From a virus (Duplodnaviria > Caudoviricetes): a DNA stretch of 64,000 bases. This document shows positions 1 to 13,021 of the stretch, piece after piece. Made by a program: the position numbers and the translations under genes. The notes beneath the pieces are model-generated. The model made no database searches. It saw only the letters and a list, made by a program, of their open reading frames with translations, and was not told the DNA's origin. The stretch is from IMG/VR virus record IMGVR_UViG_3300047275_000752, positions 8,399 through 72,398 of that record; one strand, 5' to 3'. Within the stretch, counting starts at the first letter, position 1. Every line of letters starts with the position of its first letter.

Positions 1-40
1 TTGAATACACTATTAGCATACAGTTAGGGGTGGTTATCTG

Positions 41-2479
41 ATGGCAATAGATGTTAGGGCAAATGTCACCTGTAATATTGGGACATTAATAAGTGGATCA
101 ATATCTGATAGCTATATTCAGGGATCTGGGCTTGTTACTTGCTCTGGATCAATCGAACTTAGTGGGCTATATGCACCAGCAATAGGCGATCCCGTTACTT
201 TTAGTTACACCAAAGATGGCATTACTAGGCAGATACCAAGGAAGCTACGCGTATTAAGTAGTTTTGCTGATCCTTTTCGCCAGACAACAAAAATAGAACT
301 TGGATGCAAGTTAACGTATCTTAGTGATCTGAAGCCAGCGCCAACTGTCAACGAGGATTCGCCAATTGAGACCGGCATCCGCCAGCAGTGCGTAAATGGA
401 TATATTGAATATCCACCAAATTCGACCTATGGTACGCCTATCATGGCATTTTTTTTGATGAATAGATGCCTCAGTAGTCTAGATATAACTTCTTCTAGTA
501 ATCCGTTGAGCAATAGATTCTTTGATGAATCGTTCGATCTTAGTGGAGGTTATGTACAAGTCCTTGGCGACTTACTCGTATCAGAGAGTTATTGTGGATA
601 TTTAGACTTTAACGAGGTTTTGCAGGTATTTTCTTTAGATCAGAACGGTGGGACCGGTCCGGTCTTGGGTGTTGATTCCTTGATAGATGTCGATAAGACC
701 GCTTTTGGCGACTTACCGGGGGACGCTGTTGTAGTGAAATATACATCATTGCAACTAAATGAAGATCTAGAGGAGGAAGATTCTGTTGAATTTTCCAGAA
801 GAAACTGGGAGAGTGATAAAGAGGAAGGATCGGCGCAGTCTATTACTATCAATTACACTACAACATCGAACTTGCCAGGTCAGAGAACATATACCTATGT
901 TCCATACACTACCACTACTACGACTTACGGCCAAGATCTTAGTTTTCCTGATGATGTATGTGTTATCGCTGGCAAGGACGGTCCAGATCTCAGCAATTCT
1001 GTAATATACAGGGAAACACGTAAAAGGATTTGTCTGGCTTTTGAAGCTGGCGATTACTGCGCAAAAATACTATCAGTCAACGGCGATCCTGGAGGATCAA
1101 CGACAGGGGAAGTTATTACAACAGAAGAGTATTCTTATGACAGTGAAGGCCAGGTAACGCAGATTGTAACTACAGAGCAACAACCATTTTGGGCTTGGGC
1201 TGGCAAATTAAATCTAGATTTTGTTTTTGGAAATGATTATGTAGAACTTTCCGGATTTACGAACAACGTGACGACAAGAAGAACAGTGGTTGATATAGAA
1301 ACTTTGTATGCAAACCTGCCTAGTTTTGTGACGTTAGATCCAGGAGAAACGCTTGAACGAGTCATAAATGGGCAAAGGGAGGTCACGTCTCAGTACCTTA
1401 ATTATGGATTATTTCAGTCCGGACAAGTATCAGTTTCAGGTATTAGGGAGAACGCACCGTTCAGCAGCAGTTCATTGCTTATTAGTTACCTCCTGTCGAT
1501 ATCTACCATTCTCCTGCTAGAGGACAAAACCATAAGGACAAGTCGTGATAGAGTCCTGACAGCGGGACAGATACGGCCACCAACTCAAATCAGACTTGGT
1601 GGATTCAATGGCGAAAATACTACTGAGTTGGTATACGCTAGCGGAAGCTCAATAGGCACTGATCGTGTCATCGAATTTTCGATGCCATATCAAGACGATG
1701 ACTACTATGGCCCTACTGGTTCTATTCTAAGGGGGAGAGCTGCAAGCAAGGCAGCACGTTATGGACGTTGCCAAAACAAATTACTGCTTGGTAATCGCTA
1801 TGGAATGAATATTCAGTTGGTGCCTGAGATGCTACCAAGTGCTCCATTTTCGCCTTATTTCGTATCAGCCAATGGCTACCAGGTTTTATACAGAACGAAT
1901 GGAACAAGCTGGCAGATGGATTCCACTGGTATTATTGTAAGTACAGATGGGTTGTTTTGGGGTGCGGTAGGTGGTGACAATGTTGGGCAGTTTTGGTTCC
2001 CTGTAGCGCCAGGTATTACATCTGTTCCGCCCGCTGTTACCGTGATAGATGGTGAAGCGACTGTTAATACAACAGTACCTGCATGGAATGAAATTGTACC
2101 AACAATTGCGACGACAAAGACTAAGCTAGTGGTCACAACACTTGATTATGCCTTGAATGTACTTACTGAAGTAATCATTGCTAGCAAGACAAAACTTAAC
2201 GCAACCAGAACGGTTGATTTTGTCGTGCCTGGTCCAATTGATGTAAGCATATCTACTATTGCCCCAAGAATCCAGGAGAGCCTGAGTGCAAGGGTACCTG
2301 TCACTGACATAAGCACCCAGGCATTGATTCCAAAGGCAGAGCCTGCTTTACAGATTCGTCCTGCGGTTACTGATATAGTGGTTACAGCCCAGGTTCCCCT
2401 GGTTGGCCGAGAGATCGGGGTTTATGCTAACCCAAGTGCTGCCAATATCGGCATAGGCGCTATAGCTCCCAGTAATTAA
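41..2479 (+). CDS. Large virion structural (tail/baseplate-like) protein, 812 aa
   Basis: Long ORF, T/S/V-rich and beta-strand-like, at the head of the structural cluster; no catalytic motif recognised. Confidence 0.55.
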   Translation: MAIDVRANVTCNIGTLISGSISDSYIQGSGLVTCSGSIELSGLYAPAIGDPVTFSYTKDGITRQIPRKLRVLSSFADPFRQTTKIELGCKLTYLSDLKPAPTVNEDSPIETGIRQQCVNGYIEYPPNSTYGTPIMAFFLMNRCLSSLDITSSSNPLSNRFFDESFDLSGGYVQVLGDLLVSESYCGYLDFNEVLQVFSLDQNGGTGPVLGVDSLIDVDKTAFGDLPGDAVVVKYTSLQLNEDLEEEDSVEFSRRNWESDKEEGSAQSITINYTTTSNLPGQRTYTYVPYTTTTTTYGQDLSFPDDVCVIAGKDGPDLSNSVIYRETRKRICLAFEAGDYCAKILSVNGDPGGSTTGEVITTEEYSYDSEGQVTQIVTTEQQPFWAWAGKLNLDFVFGNDYVELSGFTNNVTTRRTVVDIETLYANLPSFVTLDPGETLERVINGQREVTSQYLNYGLFQSGQVSVSGIRENAPFSSSSLLISYLLSISTILLLEDKTIRTSRDRVLTAGQIRPPTQIRLGGFNGENTTELVYASGSSIGTDRVIEFSMPYQDDDYYGPTGSILRGRAASKAARYGRCQNKLLLGNRYGMNIQLVPEMLPSAPFSPYFVSANGYQVLYRTNGTSWQMDSTGIIVSTDGLFWGAVGGDNVGQFWFPVAPGITSVPPAVTVIDGEATVNTTVPAWNEIVPTIATTKTKLVVTTLDYALNVLTEVIIASKTKLNATRTVDFVVPGPIDVSISTIAPRIQESLSARVPVTDISTQALIPKAEPALQIRPAVTDIVVTAQVPLVGREIGVYANPSAANIGIGAIAPSN

Positions 2480-2520
2480 CTTATAAATTGGCAAACTAGT
2501 GTCGAATTTAGCACCCAGTA

Positions 2521-2955
2521 ATGCCAGTTACGGTATCGCAATTTGACCATAATGCGCAACGTTTTGCGTCTGGGGCAAACATATCGACTGATGTATACAA
2601 AGTAGCTTTATATACAGCGGTAACACCGAATGCTGCTGCAACTACTTTGGCTGGTATCACCAAGACAGAAGTTGCCAGCGGTAATGGCTATACCACTGCC
2701 GGGGCTACATTGAGCGGTGTTGCCATAACGACGGTAACAACAAATGATGCAAAATTTGACGCAAATGATGTTTCATGGACCGTACCAGCGGGCGGCAGCT
2801 TAAGTGCAGCTTATGGTATTTTGTATAATGATACTGATACTAACGACCCGCCGTTATTGTTGATCGATTTTGGTGGCACGCAAACGGTTACAGATGGTGG
2901 CATCTTCCAGATCATTTGGGATGCCAATGGAATCTTTACTTTTACCGTAACCTGA
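2521..2955 (+). CDS. Phage virion structural protein (tail-associated), 144 aa
   Basis: YKVALYT...DANDVSWT...LLLIDFGGTQT pattern typical of small phage tail proteins; preceded by GGCAAACTA motif. Confidence 0.55.
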   Translation: MPVTVSQFDHNAQRFASGANISTDVYKVALYTAVTPNAAATTLAGITKTEVASGNGYTTAGATLSGVAITTVTTNDAKFDANDVSWTVPAGGSLSAAYGILYNDTDTNDPPLLLIDFGGTQTVTDGGIFQIIWDANGIFTFTVT

Positions 2956-2956
2956 T

Positions 2957-3358
2957 ATGGCACAAACTACTAGTATTAGTCAAAAGGAGTTAAAACGTCA
3001 AGCAGAATTAGTGTTTGAAGGTAAAACACTAAAGGTGATGCTTTGCGATGTTGGCATCAGTGGTTATACAGCAGAAAGCACGGTGGCCAATTGGCAAAGT
3101 GTAGAAAAGACTGGCGATGGCTATGTTAGGTATTCAGCGGTAATTCCTGCAGGTGCGTATGATTCCGTGAGTGGTACACACAAGATACCTGATATCAATG
3201 CCGAATTCACTGCAACATTGTCCTATAGTTATGACCGCGTTATCTTGTATATTGACGGCGAAACATATATTCATTCAATGATTATAGAAGATCCTAATGT
3301 AACGTTATCTACCGGTCAAACACAAACATATCGACTTAGCTTAAGGCAAGATGATTGA
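2957..3358 (+). CDS. Putative virion structural protein, 133 aa
   Basis: Coupled to previous ORF; similar LKVMLC...EV...GY.R layout. Confidence 0.5.
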   Translation: MAQTTSISQKELKRQAELVFEGKTLKVMLCDVGISGYTAESTVANWQSVEKTGDGYVRYSAVIPAGAYDSVSGTHKIPDINAEFTATLSYSYDRVILYIDGETYIHSMIIEDPNVTLSTGQTQTYRLSLRQDD

Positions 3359-3376
3359 TCTACTGGCTGGGCCAAG

Positions 3377-4408
3377 ATGAGTGATTCGCTATCGGTGAAC
3401 ATCGATATAAAAGGTCTTGATTTGCTGAGATTAAACAAGCAGCAGGTCGAGATGAATCGTTTCTTAACACTAGAGCGTAATGGTGACAAATTAACATTCA
3501 AGAAATCAGCAGAGCAATTAAGATTTGAGCAAGACAAAAAAGGCAAAAGATACAATGGTACCGAAAAAAACTTATTGAAACCAAAGCAAGATTACTTAAG
3601 TGATCGCCCAACAGCGCCAGGAACATTGCCTGAATATATGCTGATGCTGCCCACATCTGGGCCGGTGAGCGGGCAGGTGCCGTTCAAGAGCCGAGGGTTC
3701 CCCAAGTTCGGCTCCGTGGTGGCACAACCCAACTTTGGGGCACCGATCTACGAGCCGACCGGAGGTCCTAATGGTGCAGCAGCGCTGGCCTGTGAACCGG
3801 ACGTATACAAAGATGTACTCATCGAGGTCGAGTTCCCTTACGAGGGGAGTACCAGTCGATACAAGCAAGGCGTTAAGGACTTCACGCTGCAAGCCTATGC
3901 CAAGCTGACCGACGCGAACACTTTTCGCATCAATCAGCCTGAGCCTGTATTCGCCGTGCTTATAGGAAACACGGACTGGGTGCAAATTGATGTCAGGCTA
4001 GAAACAAACATCATCTCACTTAGACCGGTCGTTCGAGCCGTGCAACGTGACATTAGTTTTGAGATATATAGATCAGGCTATGACGATGTTACTCTTTACC
4101 GCGCCACAACGTCATTGAGTGACCCAACCGGCCCGCAGTTAATGCCGGGAGCCTGGCATCATTTGGCGATCAGCAAAAGCGGCAGCAATGTGTATGCGTT
4201 CTTTGATGGCGCCGTCATCGGCCAGGCGACTGTCGATTGGGATATGTTGCGGTTTTCGACTTCGCCTGATTTTGATTGGGGGCAAATCTATTTCGGAACT
4301 ACGGACACCGATGGGTCAGCCGCCGAGCCTGTTCGCGTGCATGGCCTTAAGTTTGAGGCTCGCGCGGTCTATACCGCACCCTTTACCCCGCCACCTTTCA
4401 TTACATGA
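3377..4408 (+). CDS. Protein with C-terminal LamG/concanavalin A-like domain
   Basis: GAWHHLAISKSGSNVYAFFDG is a LamG-type signature. Confidence 0.65.
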   Translation: MSDSLSVNIDIKGLDLLRLNKQQVEMNRFLTLERNGDKLTFKKSAEQLRFEQDKKGKRYNGTEKNLLKPKQDYLSDRPTAPGTLPEYMLMLPTSGPVSGQVPFKSRGFPKFGSVVAQPNFGAPIYEPTGGPNGAAALACEPDVYKDVLIEVEFPYEGSTSRYKQGVKDFTLQAYAKLTDANTFRINQPEPVFAVLIGNTDWVQIDVRLETNIISLRPVVRAVQRDISFEIYRSGYDDVTLYRATTSLSDPTGPQLMPGAWHHLAISKSGSNVYAFFDGAVIGQATVDWDMLRFSTSPDFDWGQIYFGTTDTDGSAAEPVRVHGLKFEARAVYTAPFTPPPFIT

Positions 4409-4504
4409 TCAAGTTAGATACGGAATCTTATTTATACAAGTAGCTGGACGATTCGGCGCCCGCGCCGTCCTGACTTGGTATTACTTTTTACCTAAAGGTC
4501 GCAA

Positions 4505-4669
4505 ATGGCAGGTTACCCTAGAAACGCTCCATATAATACGCCGGGCTATCAACGACAGCAAAAAATAATGGAGACTCTTGCTGCGCAAGTACAGGCAAAC
4601 CGTTACTTATATCTTAGAGATACGGCAGGTCGTAAAATAATTGAACGTGTCAAAAATCAAAAATCTTAG
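4505..4669 (+). CDS. Small hypothetical protein, 54 aa (not in ORF track)
   Basis: ATG..TAG, MAGYPRNAPYNTPGYQRQQK..., fills an intergenic gap. Confidence 0.4.
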   Translation: MAGYPRNAPYNTPGYQRQQKIMETLAAQVQANRYLYLRDTAGRKIIERVKNQKS

Positions 4670-4723
4670 TTAGTAACAACTTAGGCATACTATCGCGCCC
4701 ATTAGGCGTGATGCCTAGAAACA

Positions 4724-5473
4724 ATGTCTGAAGAAAATCTTCAACTGACTGATGACCAGCAATCACTTGAGATGAGTGGGTCTGGTGCCAATGAATCCTC
4801 TGATCAAAACGAAGGTCGAAACTATTCAGAGGAAGAAGTTCAAAACCTGTTAAAGGCACTCAAGTCTGAACGGGAAACACGCAAGATTTACGAGAAGGAA
4901 GTAAAGGAAAAAAGTCAGCAGCTTGAAAAGTTTGCGCAAATCAATCCTGATGAATATCGCAAACTGCAAGAAGAAGCTGCTATCGCCGCCCGTGAAAAGG
5001 CTGCTGCAGATGAACGGACTGCACTTCTGGAGGAAAAATACGGCGCTCAAGCTGCAGATGCGATCAAGCAGCGGGATGAGAAAGCACGTGAGCTGCAAGA
5101 ATTCCGCAAGCGTTATGCACTTGAAAAGGTATTCTTCTCCGCTGGCGGCCGGACTGATTCTGCTGATGGCGTGTCATTTTTTGACATGTTAGCGAATCAA
5201 ATTGGTGGTCAATTCCGCCTTGAAGCTGATGGCAGTATCACTGTAGTTGATTTCCAAGGTGATCCTGTATTGGATAAAGATTCAGGTCGTCGCATTCAAC
5301 CTGAAGACTATTTGAGTCAATTCAAGAATCATCCGATCTATGGCACCTTCTTCAAGGGCAACAAAGGATCTGGTGCTGGTATTGGCTATGGCGGGACTAA
5401 TGCTACCGGCATGCCTGGGGAGGACCTGCATTCCTTGACTAGCGAAGAGCTTTTCCAGCGAGCTTTTGGTTAG
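4724..5473 (+). CDS. Capsid scaffolding protein
   Basis: Acidic N-terminus, long coiled coil, GSGAG-type C-terminal motif; directly upstream of the major capsid gene. Confidence 0.75.
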   Translation: MSEENLQLTDDQQSLEMSGSGANESSDQNEGRNYSEEEVQNLLKALKSERETRKIYEKEVKEKSQQLEKFAQINPDEYRKLQEEAAIAAREKAAADERTALLEEKYGAQAADAIKQRDEKARELQEFRKRYALEKVFFSAGGRTDSADGVSFFDMLANQIGGQFRLEADGSITVVDFQGDPVLDKDSGRRIQPEDYLSQFKNHPIYGTFFKGNKGSGAGIGYGGTNATGMPGEDLHSLTSEELFQRAFG

Positions 5474-5504
5474 TAATAGTTACAAAACTTAATAATTATC
5501 ATGT

Positions 5505-5530
5505 GAACCGGTATAAAACCCGGTTCTTTT
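5505..5530 (+). terminator. Intrinsic terminator after scaffold gene
   Basis: GAACCGG-N8-CCGGTTC followed by TTTT. Confidence 0.55.
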
Positions 5531-5671
5531 ATATTTATTTCGGTAGTCTAAGTCGAGTACCCAGCCCTGAGTTGGTTGTGATGACCGATCGGGGAGGGTC
5601 TAGCGCCAATGGATGAGACATCCTGGGGCGATTTACCTTTCCTGCCAAACGTTCACCAACCATAAGGAAAA

Positions 5672-6565
5672 ATGGCACTTACTCTTGCAGAAGCCAAAAA
5701 GCATTCCAGTAATCCTCAGGAACTGGCTATTATCACTGAGCTTGCAGCCGGCCCCCTGCTGCAAAACATGCCCTTCCGTGAAGTCCAAGGCAACGGTCTT
5801 TTCTGGAAGCGCGAAGAGTCTCTCGGTGACGTGGGCTTCCGTGCTTTCAACGAAGGCTACACTGAGAGCTATGCTACTGTCAAGCAGCACAGTGAGGCAC
5901 TGAAGCTGTTCGGTGGCGACATCAAAGTTGATCGCGCTATCATCGAGCTGGAAGGCCCCGAAGCTCGCGCCTATCAGATCCAAGCCAAGACTCGCGCAAT
6001 GCGTCTGTCTTTCGAGGGTCTGTTCATCAATGGTGACTCGAACAGCAACTCTGCTGAGTTCGATGGTCTGGCTCGTCGTCTGCCTTCTGGTTCCAGCCAG
6101 TACATCGCCAATGGTGGTGGCGCTCTGGATACCGGCAAGCTGGATGAAGCCATTGACGCTGTCGACGCCCAAGGCGGCCAGAAGTATCTGGTCATGTCTA
6201 AGTCTGCTCGTCGTCATCTGAGCAAAGTTGCTCGTGCCAATGGTCAAATCGATATCGAGCGTAACGATTTCGGCTATCAGCAACTGTTCTATGGTGGCAT
6301 TCCGGTGCTTGAGCTGGATCGCGACCACCAGAACGTTGCTATTCTTGATGGTACCCCCAACAGCCAGTCGATCTATGTTGTTGCCTTTGGCAATGACCTG
6401 CTGACCGGTCTGCAGAATGGCGGTCCTCAAGTCCGTGACCTGGGTGAAGCTACTGATTCTCCCGTGCTGGTTACCCGCGTGGAATGGTATTGTGGCCTGG
6501 CTTTGATAAATGGCCGTGCCGCCGCTCGCCTTGCCGGTGTGGACGCTACCGCCGCTGTTACCTGA
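5672..6565 (+). CDS. Major capsid protein (HK97-like), 297 aa
   Basis: MALTLAEAKK start, ~300 aa, follows scaffold, AAGGA RBS, strongly biased codon use, terminator behind. Confidence 0.8.
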   Translation: MALTLAEAKKHSSNPQELAIITELAAGPLLQNMPFREVQGNGLFWKREESLGDVGFRAFNEGYTESYATVKQHSEALKLFGGDIKVDRAIIELEGPEARAYQIQAKTRAMRLSFEGLFINGDSNSNSAEFDGLARRLPSGSSQYIANGGGALDTGKLDEAIDAVDAQGGQKYLVMSKSARRHLSKVARANGQIDIERNDFGYQQLFYGGIPVLELDRDHQNVAILDGTPNSQSIYVVAFGNDLLTGLQNGGPQVRDLGEATDSPVLVTRVEWYCGLALINGRAAARLAGVDATAAVT

Positions 6566-6586
6566 TCAGTTGCCATTGTTTATCCG

Positions 6587-6608
6587 GGGTCCTGCGGGGC
6601 CCTTTTTT
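6587..6608 (+). terminator. Intrinsic terminator after capsid gene
   Basis: GGGTCC-TGCG-GGGCCC + T6. Confidence 0.75.
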
Positions 6609-6646
6609 ATTGTTTACGGTAAACTAATCTAGTTGAAATTCTGGCA

Positions 6647-9474
<2,828 letters not shown>

Positions 9475-9478
9475 AACT

Positions 9479-9934
9479 ATGCCGGCCAATACAGCCCCTA
9501 TTTTCACTGGAACTCCAAGGGTGTCAGGAGCCAGGATTACTACTGCTCAAAATAACTCACAAGGAAATGGCACCATTGGTACTGACATCTATCTCGCTTT
9601 CAGTCCTGGAGTTAATGGAAGTTACTTGCAAAAAGTAAGATTTACATTGGCAGGTGCAACGGCTAATACTGCATCTACTGCATGCGTGTTGCGAGTTTAT
9701 TTATCTACACAATCAAGTGGATCTACAACGTCTTCCAATACTTGGCTGATTCAGGAAGCTGCTGGGACGACTCAAACACCGAATGTCGTTACGACACTTT
9801 CTAATGCCACTTTCCCGATAGAAGTGCCATTAAATTTTGCGATTCCATCGGGATACAATTTATTGGTTGGATCAAGCGCAGTCACTTCCGCCAATACTGT
9901 TTGGACTGTTACAACTTATGGAGGTGACTATTGA
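9479..9934 (+). CDS. Fibre-associated structural protein, 151 aa
   Basis: MPANTAPIFTGTP...GGDY, T/S/A-rich; coupled to collagen gene. Confidence 0.5.
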   Translation: MPANTAPIFTGTPRVSGARITTAQNNSQGNGTIGTDIYLAFSPGVNGSYLQKVRFTLAGATANTASTACVLRVYLSTQSSGSTTSSNTWLIQEAAGTTQTPNVVTTLSNATFPIEVPLNFAIPSGYNLLVGSSAVTSANTVWTVTTYGGDY

Positions 9935-10089
9935 TGGATGAAATCACAATCCGGCAAGTTCGATTTACAAGCGGTCTGATTGAATCTGGGTTTGTTCATG
10001 TCGACTCCAGTCATCAGATTGTACTGTTTACCGATTTAGCAGGAAACGAGCTATTAACATACGAGTCTTGGTATCCAGAGGATGAATAA
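9934..10089 (+). CDS. Small hypothetical protein, 51 aa (not in ORF track)
   Basis: ATG overlaps the previous stop; its TAA abuts the ATG at 10090. Confidence 0.5.
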   Translation: MDEITIRQVRFTSGLIESGFVHVDSSHQIVLFTDLAGNELLTYESWYPEDE

Positions 10090-10992
10090 ATGCTGGATGT
10101 ATTACATCTCCCCGGATCTGATAGGCACGTCTTCTATTTTCCTGGTTCAGAATCCAGTAGCGGCTGGCAAGCATGGGAAGTTCCTAGGTGGGCTTCGTTC
10201 TTGGATATTTTCTGCCTAGGAGCAGGCGGAAGCGGAGGGAATGGTTTCAGTTCAGCAACTACCACGACTCGCGGCGGTGGAGGTGGAGGTGGTGGTGGGT
10301 TGGCTGGCAATTCAGTTATTCCTGCTAGTTTCTTGCCAGATGTGTTGTATATTTTCCCTGGAGCAGGAGCCTTGGCTGCTAACGGGCAATCCTCGCATGT
10401 AAGCATGGCTCCTAGTACCGCCACCTTTTATTTGATATGTACAGGTGCGGGAGGGTTTGCTGGCGGAAATGGCCAGTCTGGATCAGGGGGAACAGCAGGC
10501 TCCGTCGGCAGTTCAACAACATTGGCAAATGTTGGCCAAGGCTTTCAAGGTTTTTTCAATTCGTATCGCAACATCACTAATGGAAACGGTGTTGCGGGAG
10601 GAAGCGCTACCGGAGGAAACGGGGGGTCTATAGGTGAGAGGCAAAATATTTCAACAGGAGGAGCCGGAGGAGGAGGTGGTGCAACTGGATCCGGGGGAAA
10701 CGTGCAGGGATTTAACGCACGAATCGTCGATGACACCAATGTACCTTCGGGGAGTTCTGGTAATGTCAATAGCGTTGACGGGAAGGATGGAGCAAATGGC
10801 TCTACAACTTTGAGCCCTTTCTTCAGTAAAGGAGGTGCCGGTGGTGGAGCTGGTTTTGATGGGATTAACAGTGTTGGCGGTCGCGGTGGCGACGGAGGTT
10901 TCGGGTCTGGAGGAGGAGGTGGTGGTGCTGGAGTAACGGGAGGCATTGGCGGCCGTGGCGGAAATGGTTTAGTGATTATTACTTGTTGGTGA
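10090..10992 (+). CDS. Glycine-rich domain protein (paralogue 1)
   Basis: WEVP...CLGAGGSGG N-terminus; GGRGGNGLVIITCW C-terminus. Confidence 0.7.
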   Translation: MLDVLHLPGSDRHVFYFPGSESSSGWQAWEVPRWASFLDIFCLGAGGSGGNGFSSATTTTRGGGGGGGGGLAGNSVIPASFLPDVLYIFPGAGALAANGQSSHVSMAPSTATFYLICTGAGGFAGGNGQSGSGGTAGSVGSSTTLANVGQGFQGFFNSYRNITNGNGVAGGSATGGNGGSIGERQNISTGGAGGGGGATGSGGNVQGFNARIVDDTNVPSGSSGNVNSVDGKDGANGSTTLSPFFSKGGAGGGAGFDGINSVGGRGGDGGFGSGGGGGGAGVTGGIGGRGGNGLVIITCW

Positions 10993-10997
10993 TCAGC

Positions 10998-11936
10998 ATG
11001 ATTGACGTTTACGACATTCCTTTACCAGGAAACGGAAGAAGATCTATATTCTTCAGCCAAGGCCCTACCCCTGATGGCATCCAAGTATGGGAGAAGCCGT
11101 CTAATGTTACAATGATTTACATGACAGCTATTGGCGCCGGAGGGGCCGGTGGTAGCGGCTTCTCTTCTGCTGTTAGTACGTCTAGATGCGGCGGAGGAGG
11201 TGGAGGGTCTGGCGGAATATGCTCTATTCTTGTAGCCGCCAATCGATTACCAGACAGACTGTATGTCATTGTTGGGGATGCAAAAGACGCGACTGCTAGT
11301 AATGGTGGTACAACTGTCGTATCTATTTCTCCAGAGTTGACCAATAACAATCGCGAGTCGTACTTGCCAATGCATGTAATTGTCGGGGCCGGTGGTGGCG
11401 GACGAGGTGGTAATGGAACTGCAACTTCTAGGGGCGGCGCTGGAACCGCTTCGGTTGGTTTCGGGAAAGGTACGAGTTCTTTTTCCGGCCCACAAAGTAT
11501 TGTTTCTGCGATTACTGGACAAAATGGCTCAACAGGAGGAAACATAAACACTGGCACAGATCTAACATATCCAGCCACTGGAATACTGCTTTCCGGCGGA
11601 ACTGGCGGAGGAGGTAACGCTGGTTATAGAGGTGGGAATTTGAACGTGCCAGCAAGTCAGAACAGCGCAAATATCATCATTCCTTCTCTTGATGGAGGCA
11701 GTCCTGGGCTTTTCGGCACGCGAGCCGGAGGCCGTGGCTTAGATGGTTTCGCTAGATTTGATTTTCTAGCATTCACTGGCGGAACAGGAGGCGGTTCTAG
11801 TTACGATGATACTGCTTCCGGCGGAGACGGAGGAGTAGGGGCTATTGGCTGTGGAGGTGGAGGCGGGGGTGCTGGTAACCCTGGAGGAACTGGTGGCCTA
11901 GGTGGAAACGGTCTAGTCATTATCACTTGCTGGTGA
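10998..11936 (+). CDS. Glycine-rich domain protein (paralogue 2)
   Basis: WEKP...AIGAGGAGG; GGLGGNGLVIITCW; ATG at 10998 preferred. Confidence 0.7.
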   Translation: MIDVYDIPLPGNGRRSIFFSQGPTPDGIQVWEKPSNVTMIYMTAIGAGGAGGSGFSSAVSTSRCGGGGGGSGGICSILVAANRLPDRLYVIVGDAKDATASNGGTTVVSISPELTNNNRESYLPMHVIVGAGGGGRGGNGTATSRGGAGTASVGFGKGTSSFSGPQSIVSAITGQNGSTGGNINTGTDLTYPATGILLSGGTGGGGNAGYRGGNLNVPASQNSANIIIPSLDGGSPGLFGTRAGGRGLDGFARFDFLAFTGGTGGGSSYDDTASGGDGGVGAIGCGGGGGGAGNPGGTGGLGGNGLVIITCW

Positions 11937-11941
11937 AAAAC

Positions 11942-12835
11942 ATGATTGATTATGCTCACATTCCAGACAGGAAAATAGTAACCGAGTCAAGGTACTTAGG
12001 TTTTTCCGCTACAGATGGCGGCTCTTGGCAGACATGGGAAAAGCCAAGAGGATCCACAATGCTGAGAATAACTTGCATTGCCGGCGGAGGCGGAGGTGGA
12101 AGTGGATATAAAGCTAGCGGTGGAGCAGGCGGAAGTGGTGGTGGAAGTTCCGCTATTTCAATTATTATGATTCCAGCCGATTGTCTGCCAGATGTTTTAT
12201 ATGTTTCTGTCGGCGTTGGCGGGGCCGGTGGAGCTGTTCCAGCAGATAATGCAGCTACACTTGGGAGTAATGGAATTAGAACCTATGTAAGCGTTGCCCC
12301 TTTTACCGGAGTTATTTACAGCGTTTGCTACGCAGACAGTGGTAAAGCTGGAACAACTGCTGCAACTTCAACTTTGCCAGGCGGCGCCGGAGCAGGTGGA
12401 ACTGTTGCTACGCGGAATGAAAGCTCCTTTAGTTCTTATGGAATATCAAATTATATTGGAGGCCATGGGGGTGGATCCGGCGGCCAACAGGCAAACGCCC
12501 CTGCGACATACTCTTTTCCTACAACTGGAATAATGCTATCTGGGGGAGTTGGCGGTCCTGGTACAAACAACACTTTTGGAGGAGCAATAACAGCTCCGAG
12601 CCAACCTTCTTTAGTTTTCTTCTCTTCGCAAGCCAGAAGTGCGTCAACAGTGGGTCACTCTGGCATCGAAATCCAAAAACCTTTATTGTCAACAGGCGGC
12701 TTTTGTGATCGCAACTATACAAATGTTGCTGGGAATGGTGGCTTTGGGTCTGGTGGTGCTGGATCTGGGGCTGGGCTCACTGCACCAGCGGGAGGGAATG
12801 GTGGTCCAGGTCTAGTCATAATCCATGCTTGGTAA
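11942..12835 (+). CDS. Glycine-rich domain protein (paralogue 3)
   Basis: WEKP...CIAGGGGGG; GGNGGPGLVIIHAW; ATG at 11942 preferred. Confidence 0.7.
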   Translation: MIDYAHIPDRKIVTESRYLGFSATDGGSWQTWEKPRGSTMLRITCIAGGGGGGSGYKASGGAGGSGGGSSAISIIMIPADCLPDVLYVSVGVGGAGGAVPADNAATLGSNGIRTYVSVAPFTGVIYSVCYADSGKAGTTAATSTLPGGAGAGGTVATRNESSFSSYGISNYIGGHGGGSGGQQANAPATYSFPTTGIMLSGGVGGPGTNNTFGGAITAPSQPSLVFFSSQARSASTVGHSGIEIQKPLLSTGGFCDRNYTNVAGNGGFGSGGAGSGAGLTAPAGGNGGPGLVIIHAW

Positions 12836-13021
12836 GTATTATGTTGTTATGTGTAGATAAAAGTTAGTGGTATCGACCGTTAGCCGGAAGGTGGCTGGCG
12901 CTTAGAAACCCCCCAGTAAATGATATCAGGTAGTGACTATTCGTCAATATAAACTGCCCTTATTGACTTAATTGTTGTTACAATGTAGACATCGAATTGC
13001 TGGCCATTGCTGGACTGTTAA

